A stretch of 64,000 bases of DNA from Coriobacteriia bacterium. GTDB taxonomy: Bacteria; Actinomycetota; Coriobacteriia; Coriobacteriales; RUG033. Shown piece by piece: positions 19,002-29,153 of this stretch. Position numbers and translations under genes: made by a program. A model generated the notes under the pieces. It was not told where the DNA came from and ran no database searches. It saw only the letters and a program-made list of their open reading frames with translations. The stretch lies in assembly GCA_015655215.1 (NCBI GenBank), contig JAATFL010000038.1, forward strand, positions 2,157-66,156. Direction: 5' to 3'. Positions within the stretch are counted from its first letter, which is position 1, and each line of letters begins with the position of its first letter.

Positions 19002-19475
19002 ATGAGGGGCATGATGGATATCGGTACCTTCCTTTTCTCCACCAGGGCAGGGATGTTTGTCGTCGTCATCGGCGGCATGGCGCTCTTCCTCCTCATCGCC
19101 TTCCTCCTGGAGCGCAACACACGCAAGAAGTATCACAACCATAAGAAGACAAAGGCCGACAGCGACGGTTTCTTCAGCTTCATGGACAGCGACGACGAGG
19201 AGGAAAGCCCGGAATCGTCGAGGACCTCTCGGAAGGGGACCTCGGCAGGCGGTGGTGCGAAGACGGGATCGGGCGAGAAGGGAACCGACCCCGCAGAGGA
19301 TCGCGCGGCGATAAAGACCACCATCGCCGAGGACGGCATCGCCGGTCTCTTCGGCTTCTCGTTCGATGACGAGGACGAGGAGAAGCCCCGGAAGAAGGCG
19401 GCCGCCAAGAAGACGGCAAAGCCCAAGGTCACCTCCGAGCCAGAGAGTCAGGACGACGCGAAGGACGAGAGGTAG
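19002..19475 (+). CDS. hypothetical small membrane protein with charged low-complexity tail
   Basis: One TM helix (MFVVVIGGMALFLLIAFLL), then a K/E/D/S-rich region. Ends 7 nt before the formamidase start. Coding status is only moderately supported. Confidence 0.4.
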   Translation: MRGMMDIGTFLFSTRAGMFVVVIGGMALFLLIAFLLERNTRKKYHNHKKTKADSDGFFSFMDSDDEEESPESSRTSRKGTSAGGGAKTGSGEKGTDPAEDRAAIKTTIAEDGIAGLFGFSFDDEDEEKPRKKAAAKKTAKPKVTSEPESQDDAKDER

Positions 19476-19482
19476 GGACACC

Positions 19483-20385
19483 ATGCTTCATATCTCAGAC
19501 GACAGGGTCCTGTTCGCGTTCTCGAAGGACTTGGAGCCGATAGCGCACGTTCGGCCAGGCGAGACGGTGACGATCACGACGAAGGACTGCTTCTCGAATC
19601 AGCTTCAAACCCCCGAGGACAGCTTCGACAACCTCGATTGGGATGCGACCAACCCCGCCACCGGCCCCATCTTCATCGAGGGAGCGCATCCGGGCGACGT
19701 GCTCAAGGTGCGCATCGATGCGATCGAGCTTGCCCATCAGATGGCGGCCTGCACCGGAAGGGGCGAGGGGGTTTGCGGGGACCTCTTCCCCCAGGACGGC
19801 ATGTCCAGCATGCTGGCGCCCATCATCGATGGCAAGCTGCACTTCGACGACAAGCTCGCACTCGACCTCAAACCCATGATCGGCGTCATCGGCGTCGCCC
19901 CAGAGGGCGCTCCCATCAACTGCGGCACGCCCGGACATCACGGCGGCAACATGGATGACACGATGATCGGCGAGGGCGCGACGCTCTACCTCCCCGTCGC
20001 CACCGAAGGCGCTCTCTTCGCCTGTGGCGATCTCCACGCCGTCATGGGAGACGGTGAGATAGGCGTCTCCGGTGCGGAGATCGCGGCAACCGTCACGCTC
20101 ACGTTCGACGTGCTCACCGACCGCACCGTCGAGGATCCCGTTCTCGAGAACGACAGGTCATTCTCAACCATCGCCTCCGCACCCACCATGGACGAGGCTG
20201 CCGACATGGCCGTGCATGCGATGGTCGACATCCTGCGTGACAGGACCGGCCTACCGCTCGACAGGCTCATCATGCTGCTCTCCCTCACCGGGGACGTGCA
20301 GGTCTGCCAGATGGTGGACCCGCTGCGCACCATGCGCTTCGTCGTACCCAAACGAGTGCTGAGGACATACGGGTTCACCTGGTAG
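19483..20385 (+). CDS. acetamidase/formamidase family protein
   Basis: MLHISDDRVLFAFSKDLEPIAHVRPGETVTITTKDCF...NPATGPIFIEGAHPGDVLKVRIDAIEL...GNMD is FmdA/AmdA-like. ATG at 19483. Confidence 0.8.
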   Translation: MLHISDDRVLFAFSKDLEPIAHVRPGETVTITTKDCFSNQLQTPEDSFDNLDWDATNPATGPIFIEGAHPGDVLKVRIDAIELAHQMAACTGRGEGVCGDLFPQDGMSSMLAPIIDGKLHFDDKLALDLKPMIGVIGVAPEGAPINCGTPGHHGGNMDDTMIGEGATLYLPVATEGALFACGDLHAVMGDGEIGVSGAEIAATVTLTFDVLTDRTVEDPVLENDRSFSTIASAPTMDEAADMAVHAMVDILRDRTGLPLDRLIMLLSLTGDVQVCQMVDPLRTMRFVVPKRVLRTYGFTW

Positions 20386-21835
20386 GACATCCACACGCCC
20401 GCGCCAAGCAGGCAACCGCCTCCTCCACGCTGCCTGCGGGTATCCCGGAGTAGTTCACGACCAGCACATGTTCGCCGCGACCATCGGGATGGTGCTGGTA
20501 ATCGGAAAGGCATGAGATACGGACACCCTGCGCCCTCGCGCGCCTGACGAGCACCTCGTCCGGCATCCCGGTGTCGATGCGCATGAGGAAATGCAACCCC
20601 GCCCCCTCCTCGGTGATGGTCACCTTCGACGCGAGGGGACTCGCCTCGATCGAGGCGAGCAACTCGTCGCGGAGCATGCGGTAGTGGCGACGCATGCGGT
20701 TGATGTGCTTTTCGAAGTACCCTTGTGTGATGAAGCGCGCCAAGGTGCACTGCTCGAAGTTCGACACCGTGCAGGCATAGAATCCCATCTCGCGATCGAA
20801 CCGCTCGAGCAACGCCGGCGGCAGCACCAGATAGCTGATGCGAATCGTGGAGGCGAGCGACTTGGTGAACGTGTTGAGGTAGATGACCTTCCCGGCACCG
20901 TCGATGCTCTGCAACGAGGGAATGGGTCTGCCGGCAAGGCGAAACTCCGAGTCGTAATCGTCCTCGATGATGTAGCGAGAGGCGGACGACGCCGCCCATG
21001 CCATGAGCTCGTATCGCCTGCTGATGGGCATGGCGATGCCCGTGGGATAGTGGTGCGACGGGGATATGTGCACGATGTCGGCCCCACTCTCGGCCAGCGA
21101 CGCGATGCCGATCCCCTGTGCATCGAGGGGGATGTGCCGGCAGACGACCCCGTTGCCCTCATACACCTTGGATATCTTCGAATACCCGGGGTCCTCGACC
21201 GCGTACACCCCGTCGCGTCCGAGCAACTGGAGAAGCAACCCGTAGAGGTACTCCGTTCCCGCCCCCACGATGACCTGCTCGGGTGCCACCGACATCCCGC
21301 GAAACTCATGCAGATGATCGCAGATGGCCTGGCGCAACTCGAGTATGCCCCCTGCGGGCGAATTGGCCATCAACACGTCGCGATCCTCTGCGATGACCCG
21401 ACGCATGAGCCGTGCCCAGGTTGAGAAGGGGAAGTTGTCGGGGTCGGTCTGGTTGCTCGAGAAGTCAACGAGAAGGTGCTGGTCGGACGAAGGGGGAGGC
21501 TCGACCGCGAAGCGGGAGCGCACGTCTTCGGGGTGCGGTAAACGACCGACATCGATGGGATGCATGCGCAGGTGGGAGTCCTCGAGAAGCTTTGGAGCGT
21601 CGGCGACGTAGAAGCCCTTTTGGGGCGCCGAGTAGATGTAGCCCTCCGCCACGAGCTGGGAATACGCGTTCTCCACCGTGATGGTGCTCACGCCCATGTT
21701 TCGAGCGAAGGCGCGCTTTGAGGGCAGCTTCGTCTCGGGAGCCAGCGCGCCGGCAACGATGTCGTGCCGTATACAATCGTAGAGATAGCGGTAGAGCGGC
21801 TCGTCACCCCGACCGTCAAGCGGATACGTTAGCAT
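20375..21835 (-). CDS. pdxR: MocR/PdxR-type GntR regulator with aminotransferase-like domain
   Basis: [67 protein letters not shown] forms a wHTH, followed by a fold-type-I PLP domain. Divergent from pdxST. ATG 21835 has GGAGGAG 4 nt upstream. Confidence 0.85.
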   Translation of the reverse strand: MLTYPLDGRGDEPLYRYLYDCIRHDIVAGALAPETKLPSKRAFARNMGVSTITVENAYSQLVAEGYIYSAPQKGFYVADAPKLLEDSHLRMHPIDVGRLPHPEDVRSRFAVEPPPSSDQHLLVDFSSNQTDPDNFPFSTWARLMRRVIAEDRDVLMANSPAGGILELRQAICDHLHEFRGMSVAPEQVIVGAGTEYLYGLLLQLLGRDGVYAVEDPGYSKISKVYEGNGVVCRHIPLDAQGIGIASLAESGADIVHISPSHHYPTGIAMPISRRYELMAWAASSASRYIIEDDYDSEFRLAGRPIPSLQSIDGAGKVIYLNTFTKSLASTIRISYLVLPPALLERFDREMGFYACTVSNFEQCTLARFITQGYFEKHINRMRRHYRMLRDELLASIEASPLASKVTITEEGAGLHFLMRIDTGMPDEVLVRRARAQGVRISCLSDYQHHPDGRGEHVLVVNYSGIPAGSVEEAVACLARACGCPTR

Positions 21836-22001
21836 GCGCTCCTCCGAACCACTGGCACTGACCTTAGCATCTGGCATAATATTTCTGCGTATATTGAACA
21901 TTTTAATATATCCAGTTGTGAGTATACTTCTCTCGGAAGTTCCCTGGAGGACCTCCATGGAAACGATGTGGATTGCCCGGCAGGCGGGTGGGAAGAGGTG
22001 C

Positions 22002-22898
22002 ATGAGGATGGCTGAGGTAGAGGTCGAGAGGACACAGTACCAGCTCAACAAGGAGCTCGCTCAGATGCTCAAGGGTGGCGTGATCATGGATGTCACCAAC
22101 CCGGAGCAAGCGCGCATCGCCGAAGCTGCGGGGGCGTGCGCCGTCATGGCGCTCGAACGCATCCCCGCCGACATCCGCGCGGCGGGCGGCGTCTCACGTA
22201 TGAGCGATCCCAAGATGATCAAGGGCATCCAAGATGCCGTCTCCATCCCCGTCATGGCCAAATGCCGCATCGGGCACTTCGTCGAGGCGCAGATCCTCGA
22301 GGCCATCGACATCGACTACATCGACGAGAGCGAGGTCCTCTCACCCGCCGACGATACGTACCACATCGACAAGACGCGCTTCAGGGTGCCCTTCGTCTGC
22401 GGGGCGAAGGACCTGGGAGAAGCCCTGCGTCGCATCGCCGAGGGTGCGTCGATGATCCGCACCAAGGGGGAGCCCGGTACGGGTGACGTGGTGCAGGCCG
22501 TGCGCCACATGCGCATGGTGAACGCCGAGATCGCCCGCATCGCCAGCCTGCGCGACGACGAGTTGTTCCAGGCAGCCAAGGATCTGCAGGTGCCCTACGA
22601 GCTCGTACAGCTCGTACACGACGAGAGGCGCTTACCCGTGGTCAACTTCGCGGCAGGTGGTATCGCGACTCCAGCCGATGCCGCCCTGATGATGCAGCTG
22701 GGCGCCGAGGGTGTGTTCGTGGGATCGGGCATCTTCAAGTCGGGCGATCCTGCCAAACGCGCAGATGCCATCGTCAAGGCGGTCATCCACTATCAGGAGC
22801 CCACCGTCATCGCCCAGCTCTCCGAAGACCTCGGTGAGGCGATGGTAGGCATCAACGAGCAGGAGATCGACCTCCTCATGGCCGAGAGGGGCAAGTGA
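22002..22898 (+). CDS. pdxS: pyridoxal 5'-phosphate synthase lyase subunit PdxS
   Basis: [52 protein letters not shown] is near-canonical PdxS. The start is ATG 22002 or 22008. Confidence 0.95.
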   Translation: MRMAEVEVERTQYQLNKELAQMLKGGVIMDVTNPEQARIAEAAGACAVMALERIPADIRAAGGVSRMSDPKMIKGIQDAVSIPVMAKCRIGHFVEAQILEAIDIDYIDESEVLSPADDTYHIDKTRFRVPFVCGAKDLGEALRRIAEGASMIRTKGEPGTGDVVQAVRHMRMVNAEIARIASLRDDELFQAAKDLQVPYELVQLVHDERRLPVVNFAAGGIATPADAALMMQLGAEGVFVGSGIFKSGDPAKRADAIVKAVIHYQEPTVIAQLSEDLGEAMVGINEQEIDLLMAERGK

Positions 22899-22899
22899 C

Positions 22900-23481
22900 G
22901 TGAACGTCGCCGTACTCGCCATCCAAGGGGCCTTCGTCGAGCATGAGAACATGTTGCGACGCCTTGGCGTCACCTGCGTCGAGCTGCGCGGAGCCTCCGA
23001 CTTGCGCAAGCCCTTCGACGCGCTGGTGCTGCCGGGAGGCGAGAGCACCGTACAGGGCAAGCTCTTGCGCGAACTGGGGATGTCCGACGACATCAAACAG
23101 CGCATCGCAGACGGCATGCCGGTGCTCGCCACCTGCGCCGGACTCATCCTGCTGGCCGATAGGGTGGTCAACGACCCTCGCACCTACCTGCGCACGCTCC
23201 CGATCGTCGTGCGGAGAAACGCCTACGGACGTCAGCTGGGAAGCTTCCGCACGCTGGGGGATGTCCACGGTATCGATGCCCATGGCAAGGGGGCCTTCCC
23301 CATGGAGTTCATCCGTGCACCGTACGTGGAGGAGGTGGGCGACGACGTCGAGGTCCTCGCAAAGATCGATACCCACGTCGTGGCCGTGAGATACCACAAC
23401 CAGGTGGCGACGGCATTTCACCCCGAGCTCACCGGTGACACCCGCGTGCACGAGCTGTTCCTCGACATGATCGAGAAGTAG
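22900..23481 (+). CDS. pdxT: pyridoxal 5'-phosphate synthase glutaminase subunit PdxT
   Basis: VNVAVLAIQGAFVEHENMLRRLG...LVLPGGESTV...ATCAGLILLA...FHPELT. GTG start lies 1 nt after the pdxS stop. Confidence 0.95.
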   Translation: MNVAVLAIQGAFVEHENMLRRLGVTCVELRGASDLRKPFDALVLPGGESTVQGKLLRELGMSDDIKQRIADGMPVLATCAGLILLADRVVNDPRTYLRTLPIVVRRNAYGRQLGSFRTLGDVHGIDAHGKGAFPMEFIRAPYVEEVGDDVEVLAKIDTHVVAVRYHNQVATAFHPELTGDTRVHELFLDMIEK

Positions 23482-23523
23482 GGGCACCGCTGGAAAAGGA
23501 CCTATCACGTGAGCATCTCGGAT

Positions 23524-23558
23524 AAAAAAATCAGGGCATCCTCGAGAGGATGCCCTGA
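23524..23558 (-). terminator. rho-independent terminator downstream of tRNA-Leu (may also stop pdxT read-through)
   Basis: TCAGGGCATCCTC / GAGGATGCCCTGA inverted repeat (23531-23558). It is flanked by AAAAAAA at 23524-23530, which is a U-tract on the minus strand. Confidence 0.75.
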
Positions 23559-23569
23559 TCGCATTCGGA

Positions 23570-23655
23570 TGGTGCGGGCGAGAAGATTTGAACTTCCACG
23601 AGGTTGCCCCCACATGGACCTGAACCATGCGCGTCTGCCATTCCGCCACGCCCGC
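23570..23655 (-). tRNA. tRNA-Leu (anticodon CAG), CCA encoded
   Basis: The reverse complement reads GCGGGCGTGGCGGAATGGCAGACGCGCATGGTTCAGGTCCATGTGGGGGCAACCTCGTGGAAGTTCAAATCTTCTCGCCCGCACCA. It has a long variable arm, and the anticodon loop is TTCAGGT. Confidence 0.9.
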
Positions 23656-23990
23656 ACGTAAACACGTGGGAATCTTACACGAGCCACATCAGGTAAACAA
23701 GTCCTATCCGCACGGCGTCCGGTCGAGCGGGGAAGGGATGAGGCAGACGCTTGCGTACCTTGGACAAGCAGATGATATGACACAAGGGCCATGATGGTGA
23801 AAGCACGACGCAATGCAGAAAGAAACCACGTTATACGTACCCAAATGAGGGGCTCTTCCCCTCGTTCCAGAGTATAATGATCGCGATGGTCCCCCTTGGG
23901 AAAAGATATGTACGTCGTTTTGGGTTTTCCCATCGACACCTCGGATGAACTTGCGCCAGTTTGTGTCGTATGGTTTTCGTGAGGAGCCCT

Positions 23991-25502
23991 ATGGCCAACC
24001 GAGACCAAGCCCAGGGCCATATGGCCAACATCGCCCATGCCAGTGCCACCGCGGGTGTCGCCCTCTATTACACGTGGATGCTCTCTCTCATCCACGTCCT
24101 CGACGTAAGCATCAACCCCTCACTCGGTATCTCCTGGAATCGCCTGTTCATCCTACTCGGAATCGTCCTCGTCATGCTCTTCTCCGTGTTCATATCGAGA
24201 AAGACGATCGGCGCATCCAGGCTCCTCAGCATCGGCTTTCTCCCCTTCGCGATGCTCGGAACGTTCATGGCAGGCTTCACTACGGCCTTTGGACCAGCCG
24301 GCGTGACATTGCTCGCTGCTTGCGAGCTACTCATCGGCATCGAGTTTGGATGGTTCACCCTGAGCTTCGGCGAACTCTACGGACTGGTCGACACCGCGGA
24401 TGCCCTTAAGTCGTATCTGCTTGCAACGGTGATAGTCATCGTACCCGTCTACCTCATCTCCCTGCTGCCTTCGCTTTGGATCCTCACCGTCGACGCGCTT
24501 CTCCCCGCACTTGCAGCCGTCGCCCTCAACGTCACCATCAGCATCGATGAAGGTGAGTCGAGAATCATAGAACGCAAGGCAAAGCAGAGGAAAAGCCCCC
24601 TCACCTCCCCCACCTTCCGTCTCCCCTGGAAGACCTCCGACCTTTACGGGCTGCTTACCCCCGTGAGTGTGACTGCGGGCCTGTTCACCTTCATCTTCAC
24701 CTTAGGTAACGTCTATTACGGCTCACAGCTCCTCGTCATCATCGGTCTCTGCCTTGCAAGCACCCTCATCTTCGTTGGGTTCACATTCTTCAAGCATGCG
24801 TTCTCGGTGCGTAACATGTACCGCCTCGGGGAGGTGGTAATGGTCGGTGGCCTTGCCTTGATGCCCGTGTCGACATCGGCAGGTACCATCTTCACCTGTA
24901 TGTCGATGTGCATGATCTGCACACTGCTCGTACTCACTCTGAGCGAGGTTGCCGTACGATTCAACATCTCACCGATCCGCCTCACGAGCTTTACCAATGC
25001 TGCGGCGTTTGGCGGTGCGTGGCTTGGAACATTGGCAGGCAGCATTCTTATCTTTGGCAGAGCATCGTACGGTACCCTCGGGCTTTCCGCCACCACCGCA
25101 CTTATCATCATCGTCGTCGTTGCCTATAACGCATTCGGTACCGACAACGGGGGCTTTATCTTCGAGATACACGATAATCCTGAGAGCATCGAACTTAGAG
25201 GGGTTGTATACGACAACGACGACAGCAGGGAGATGATCATCAAGAAACTCGCATACTTTGAGACGCTCAACCGGCGCTGCGCTGAATTAGCCGCCGAATA
25301 CCGGCTCTCGGCCCGCGAGGAGGAGGTGTTCACGCTCCTCGAACAGGACTACAGCATCTCCAAGGTGGCCGAGAGGCTCTGCATCTCCCAAGGTACGGTA
25401 AAGACGCACGTCCATCACATCTACGATAAACTTGACATCCATACCCGCGACGAATTAATGGCCCTGTTGGACCCCTTCGAGAAACGAACCGTCTCTCCAT
25501 AA
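23991..25502 (+). CDS. LuxR-family transcriptional regulator with polytopic N-terminal membrane domain
   Basis: About 10 hydrophobic helices, then a C-terminal LuxR HTH (LSAREEEVFTLLEQDYSISKVAERLCISQGTVKTHVHHIYDKLDIHTRDELMALL). ATG 23991 is preceded by GAGGAG. Confidence 0.8.
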   Translation: MANRDQAQGHMANIAHASATAGVALYYTWMLSLIHVLDVSINPSLGISWNRLFILLGIVLVMLFSVFISRKTIGASRLLSIGFLPFAMLGTFMAGFTTAFGPAGVTLLAACELLIGIEFGWFTLSFGELYGLVDTADALKSYLLATVIVIVPVYLISLLPSLWILTVDALLPALAAVALNVTISIDEGESRIIERKAKQRKSPLTSPTFRLPWKTSDLYGLLTPVSVTAGLFTFIFTLGNVYYGSQLLVIIGLCLASTLIFVGFTFFKHAFSVRNMYRLGEVVMVGGLALMPVSTSAGTIFTCMSMCMICTLLVLTLSEVAVRFNISPIRLTSFTNAAAFGGAWLGTLAGSILIFGRASYGTLGLSATTALIIIVVVAYNAFGTDNGGFIFEIHDNPESIELRGVVYDNDDSREMIIKKLAYFETLNRRCAELAAEYRLSAREEEVFTLLEQDYSISKVAERLCISQGTVKTHVHHIYDKLDIHTRDELMALLDPFEKRTVSP

Positions 25503-25588
25503 CGCTTCGAGACGGCGCACGCCCATCGTGTGGGTGAACACCGTCTCGAGATTCGTCCCTCGCGCATATACGCCGTTTCCTACCGCTC

Positions 25589-26437
25589 CTACTTATACGA
25601 GTAGAACCCTTCCCCGGTTGCGATACCGAGTTTGCCCTCATCGAGGTACTTCTCCTTGACGATTCTGGAGAAGTTCTGCACATCCGGGTCCTTTGACATC
25701 GACATGATGTGGTAAGCGGTCTTCAAGCCAACGATGTCAAGGTACTGGAACGGCCCTTTGGGGGAACCGGTGCCGATGCGCCAGATAGCGTCGATATCAG
25801 TGGGCTCCGCATATCCACCACCGTACAGCTTTGAGGCGGCATCGAGGAAGGGGACGGAAAGCGAGTTGAGCAGCCATCCGGCCTTCTCCTTCTTGAGGGG
25901 CACGGCGACCATGCCGGTGTCCGTGGCGAACCGTACGACCTGATCGTAGACGGCTGGGTCGGTCTTGGAGGTGGCCATGACCTCGGCGCAGTTCATGGTC
26001 CAGATATGGTTGGCATAATGGAGGCCGAGGAACCTCTCGGGGCATCCCGTCGCATCCATCATGTCGCTCGGGAGCAGTGTGGAGGAGTTCGTGCAGACGA
26101 TGGTCCGATCAGGCAGGACACCTGCGATGCTTCGGTACAATGCACGTTTCTGCTCAAGGTCCTCGGTGATGGCCTCGATGACCATGTCCGCATCCGCGAC
26201 GGCAGCGATGTGGTCCGTGGTGTAGCTGATGTTGGCAAGCCCGTGCGCAATCTGATCGTCCGTGGTGCCGAGTATCTCAGCCTGGTACATGGTGGCGATC
26301 CCCTCGATGGCCTTCTTCGAGGCACTGAGGATGTCATCACTCAAATCGCAAGCCGTGACATTGAAGCCATGCACGGCGGTTTGGAACGTTATCTGCGACC
26401 CGAGAACGCCCACGCCGATGACGGTGATGTTCTTCAT
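25589..26437 (-). CDS. 3-hydroxyacyl-CoA dehydrogenase (Hbd-like), copy 1
   Basis: MKNITVIGVGVLGSQITFQTAVHGFNVTACD NAD Rossmann motif. The C-terminal domain has KEKAGWLLNSL and GPFQYLDIVGL. Confidence 0.85.
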   Translation of the reverse strand: MKNITVIGVGVLGSQITFQTAVHGFNVTACDLSDDILSASKKAIEGIATMYQAEILGTTDDQIAHGLANISYTTDHIAAVADADMVIEAITEDLEQKRALYRSIAGVLPDRTIVCTNSSTLLPSDMMDATGCPERFLGLHYANHIWTMNCAEVMATSKTDPAVYDQVVRFATDTGMVAVPLKKEKAGWLLNSLSVPFLDAASKLYGGGYAEPTDIDAIWRIGTGSPKGPFQYLDIVGLKTAYHIMSMSKDPDVQNFSRIVKEKYLDEGKLGIATGEGFYSYK

Positions 26438-26488
26438 AGTTCCCTCTTCCCAGATTATGAGCATGGATATGCGCTGATGCGCGGAATA

Positions 26489-27349
26489 CTACTTTCTATA
26501 GCTGTAGAAACCCTCACCCGTTGCAATGCCGAGCTTGCCTTCGTCGATGTAATCCGATTTGAGGACCGCGGCGAACTCCTTCGCGCCTGATACCTGGGCC
26601 ATCATGAGCACCTGGTACACGGTCTTGAGACCGATGACGTCCATGATCTCGAACGGACCACGGGGGGCACCGGTGCCGATGCGCCATATCGAGTCGATGT
26701 CCTTGGGTTCTGCATAGCCGCCAGCGTAGAGCAGGCAACCGGAGACGCACAACGGGACCAAGAGCGAGTTGAGCAGCCATCCGGCCTTCTCCTTCTTGAG
26801 CGGCACGGCGACCATGCCGGTGTCCGCGGCGAACTGCACGACCTCGGCAAACGCCGCCGGGTCCGTCTGGTCGGTACCCATGATCTCGGCGGAGTTCTGG
26901 ATCCAGATGTGGTTGGCATAATGGAGGCCGAGGAACTTCCCGGGGCGTCCGGTAAACGCGGCCATATCGCTGGGCAGAAGCGTGGAGGAGTTCGTGCACA
27001 CGATGGTCTTCTCGGGAAGGAGACCCGAGATGTCCTTATAGAACGTCTGCTTCTCCTTGAGGTCCTCGATGATCGCTTCGATCACCAGGTCGGCATCGGC
27101 GACTGCCAGTGCCCGGTCGGTCGTGTAGGTGATGTTGGCGAGCCCGCGTGCGATCTGCTCGGCGCTCGTGCCAGGGATCTCCTTCTGATAGCGCTCGGCG
27201 ATGCCAGCGATACTCTTCTTGGCACGATCGAGACTCTCCGCGCTCCTGCCGCATACGGTGACCCTGAACCCGTGCACCGCCGTCTGGAAGACGATCTGCG
27301 AGCCGAGCACCCCGTTGCCGAATACCGTCACGTTCTTCATGACCGTCAC
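26489..27349 (-). CDS. 3-hydroxyacyl-CoA dehydrogenase (Hbd-like), copy 2
   Basis: MTVMKNVTVFGNGVLGSQIVFQTAVHGFRVTVCG. A tandem paralogue of copy 1. Confidence 0.85.
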   Translation of the reverse strand: MTVMKNVTVFGNGVLGSQIVFQTAVHGFRVTVCGRSAESLDRAKKSIAGIAERYQKEIPGTSAEQIARGLANITYTTDRALAVADADLVIEAIIEDLKEKQTFYKDISGLLPEKTIVCTNSSTLLPSDMAAFTGRPGKFLGLHYANHIWIQNSAEIMGTDQTDPAAFAEVVQFAADTGMVAVPLKKEKAGWLLNSLLVPLCVSGCLLYAGGYAEPKDIDSIWRIGTGAPRGPFEIMDVIGLKTVYQVLMMAQVSGAKEFAAVLKSDYIDEGKLGIATGEGFYSYRK

Positions 27350-27430
27350 TGCCTTCCCTTGGATTTGCCCTTACACACTTACAGCCGCCACGATCCGCAT
27401 CCGACTGGATGCCCGCATGGCGGCATCTGC

Positions 27431-27730
27431 CTAACCGCATCGGTAACTGACGCCAAAGGTCCCTCGCGGATACGTCCACGTAGCCACGCCGCTGTTGCCC
27501 AACTGCCGGCATGCAAGACGGCATGTACCGCATTCGAGGCACCCAACATAATCGAACGCAAGTTTTCCATCGAGAAGCTTGTAGCACTGGGCGGGGCATA
27601 TGTAGAGGCAGGGCTTGTCACTGCACTCAAGGCAACACTCGCATTTGACTACGATATGGGCCTCGCCCTCATCCACGTTGAACTTATCGACCCCGAGCAA
27701 CTCCTCTGCACTCATCCTCTCGATGCTCAT
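27431..27730 (-). CDS. fixX: FixX-type ferredoxin with an additional N-terminal Cys motif
   Basis: MSIERMSAEELLGVDKFNVDEGEAHIVVKCECCLECSDKPCLYICPAQCYKL...FDYVGCLECGTCRLAC...YPRGTFGVSYRCG. ATG 27730 overlaps the fixC stop (ATGA). Confidence 0.8.
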   Translation of the reverse strand: MSIERMSAEELLGVDKFNVDEGEAHIVVKCECCLECSDKPCLYICPAQCYKLLDGKLAFDYVGCLECGTCRLACRQLGNSGVATWTYPRGTFGVSYRCG

Positions 27731-29046
27731 GATCCGTCCCCCTGCCGTAGAACCCGCCTGATCTTCCTGACATCCTTGAGGATTGCACCGAAACCGGTGT
27801 CCCCTTTGATACACGCCTTCAACTTTGGGTAGAGCGGTCTCCTCGAATCGGGGTCGAGGTGGTAGACCGTGGAGAAGATATCGTTTGCCAGTTTCGGGTA
27901 GATCGCAAAGATGCGGGGGTCATCCTCTATCTCGGGAAAGCGCGAGGCCATCTGCATCGCACGGTGTACTCCGAGTGCGTCGAGCTGCTCAGTGTAGACG
28001 GCACCTACATCTTCTGGGACACTGGTGGAGATGATCGCGTTGGCCGCCGCAAGGCCCGACAGGATGGCGAGGTCGATGCCCCGCACCGTGTAACCCTGGT
28101 TGACGGCAAAACCCGCCGCGTCCCCCGCCATGAGGAATCCGGTGCGGAACAGCTTCTCTGGCACAGCTTTGAGGCCGGCTTCGGGACAGAGATGCGCTGA
28201 GTACTCGATGGTGGTCCCGCCTTCGAGCAACGGTCGGATGGCCGGATGCATCTTCACATCCTGAAGCAGGTCGTGCACCGAAAGATGCTTTTGTGCAAGC
28301 ACGCTCGGGAGCAGCACGCACCCGAAGGAGATGCTCTCCCGATTGGTGTAGATGAACACGCCACCGTTGACACCCCTTGCTCCGCCAAGGGCCAGACGCG
28401 ACGCCCCCTCCCCTGCGGCGAGGGCGAAGCGGTCCTCGATGGTCCGTGCCGGCAGCGCAATCGTCTCCTTCGCCCCCACGAGCATATGCTCGACGCGAAC
28501 GTCGTCGATGAGACCGGCCTTCTGCCCCATGAGTGAGTTGGCACCGTCGGCTGCGACGACGATATCCGCAAACATCTCATCTCCGCCGGCACGCACGCCC
28601 ACGATCCCCCCGTCCCTCTCGATCAACTCATCGACGCGGATGCCACAGACGAGCATGGCACCTTTCTCCTCAGCCTGTCCGGAAAGCCACTCGTCGAACG
28701 TGGCACGCAGGACCGTATAGGACTCAGGAACCTTCCCCTCCTCGGCAAATGATGGGTCACCGTAGTCGATGCACAACGATCGTTCGCCATCGAGCATCAT
28801 CATCTGCTCATGGGTCACCTTGCGCTCGAGGGCTTCCTCCGCTTTGGCGGTAAGACCGTTATCGAGCATCTCGAGCGCGTAGGTATAGAACCTTCCACCG
28901 GTCACGTTCTTCGCCCCCGGCGTATCGGCCCTCTCTATCATCAGGACCTGCTTACCAGCCCGTGCCAGGGCATAGGCGCATGCCGCACCAGCCGGACCGG
29001 CACCGATGATGATTGCATCGAAGCGGTCGGATTCCTCCTCGTCCAC
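27727..29046 (-). CDS. fixC: FixC-type FAD-dependent oxidoreductase, copy 2
   Basis: DRFDAIIIGAGPAGAACAYALARAGKQVLMIERADTPGAKNVTGGRFY. Paralogue of 3792-5114. GTG start. Confidence 0.85.
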   Translation of the reverse strand: MDEEESDRFDAIIIGAGPAGAACAYALARAGKQVLMIERADTPGAKNVTGGRFYTYALEMLDNGLTAKAEEALERKVTHEQMMMLDGERSLCIDYGDPSFAEEGKVPESYTVLRATFDEWLSGQAEEKGAMLVCGIRVDELIERDGGIVGVRAGGDEMFADIVVAADGANSLMGQKAGLIDDVRVEHMLVGAKETIALPARTIEDRFALAAGEGASRLALGGARGVNGGVFIYTNRESISFGCVLLPSVLAQKHLSVHDLLQDVKMHPAIRPLLEGGTTIEYSAHLCPEAGLKAVPEKLFRTGFLMAGDAAGFAVNQGYTVRGIDLAILSGLAAANAIISTSVPEDVGAVYTEQLDALGVHRAMQMASRFPEIEDDPRIFAIYPKLANDIFSTVYHLDPDSRRPLYPKLKACIKGDTGFGAILKDVRKIRRVLRQGDGS

Positions 29047-29153
29047 TGCCTCTCACCTCTTCCCTGACCTTGATGGTATTCCTCATGCCGTCCGGGAGGG
29101 ACCGGCACCGTTGTGCCCAGGCCCCTCCCGACATAGAGTGCCTCACGGGGTCT

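Noticed and set aside
16506-23655. tRNA genes as integration hotspots / genomic island boundaries
   Set aside because: No integrase, recombinase, transposase or direct repeat of a tRNA 3' end was seen next to tRNA-Ser, tRNA-Arg or tRNA-Leu. The flanking genes are housekeeping (serS, pdxST).
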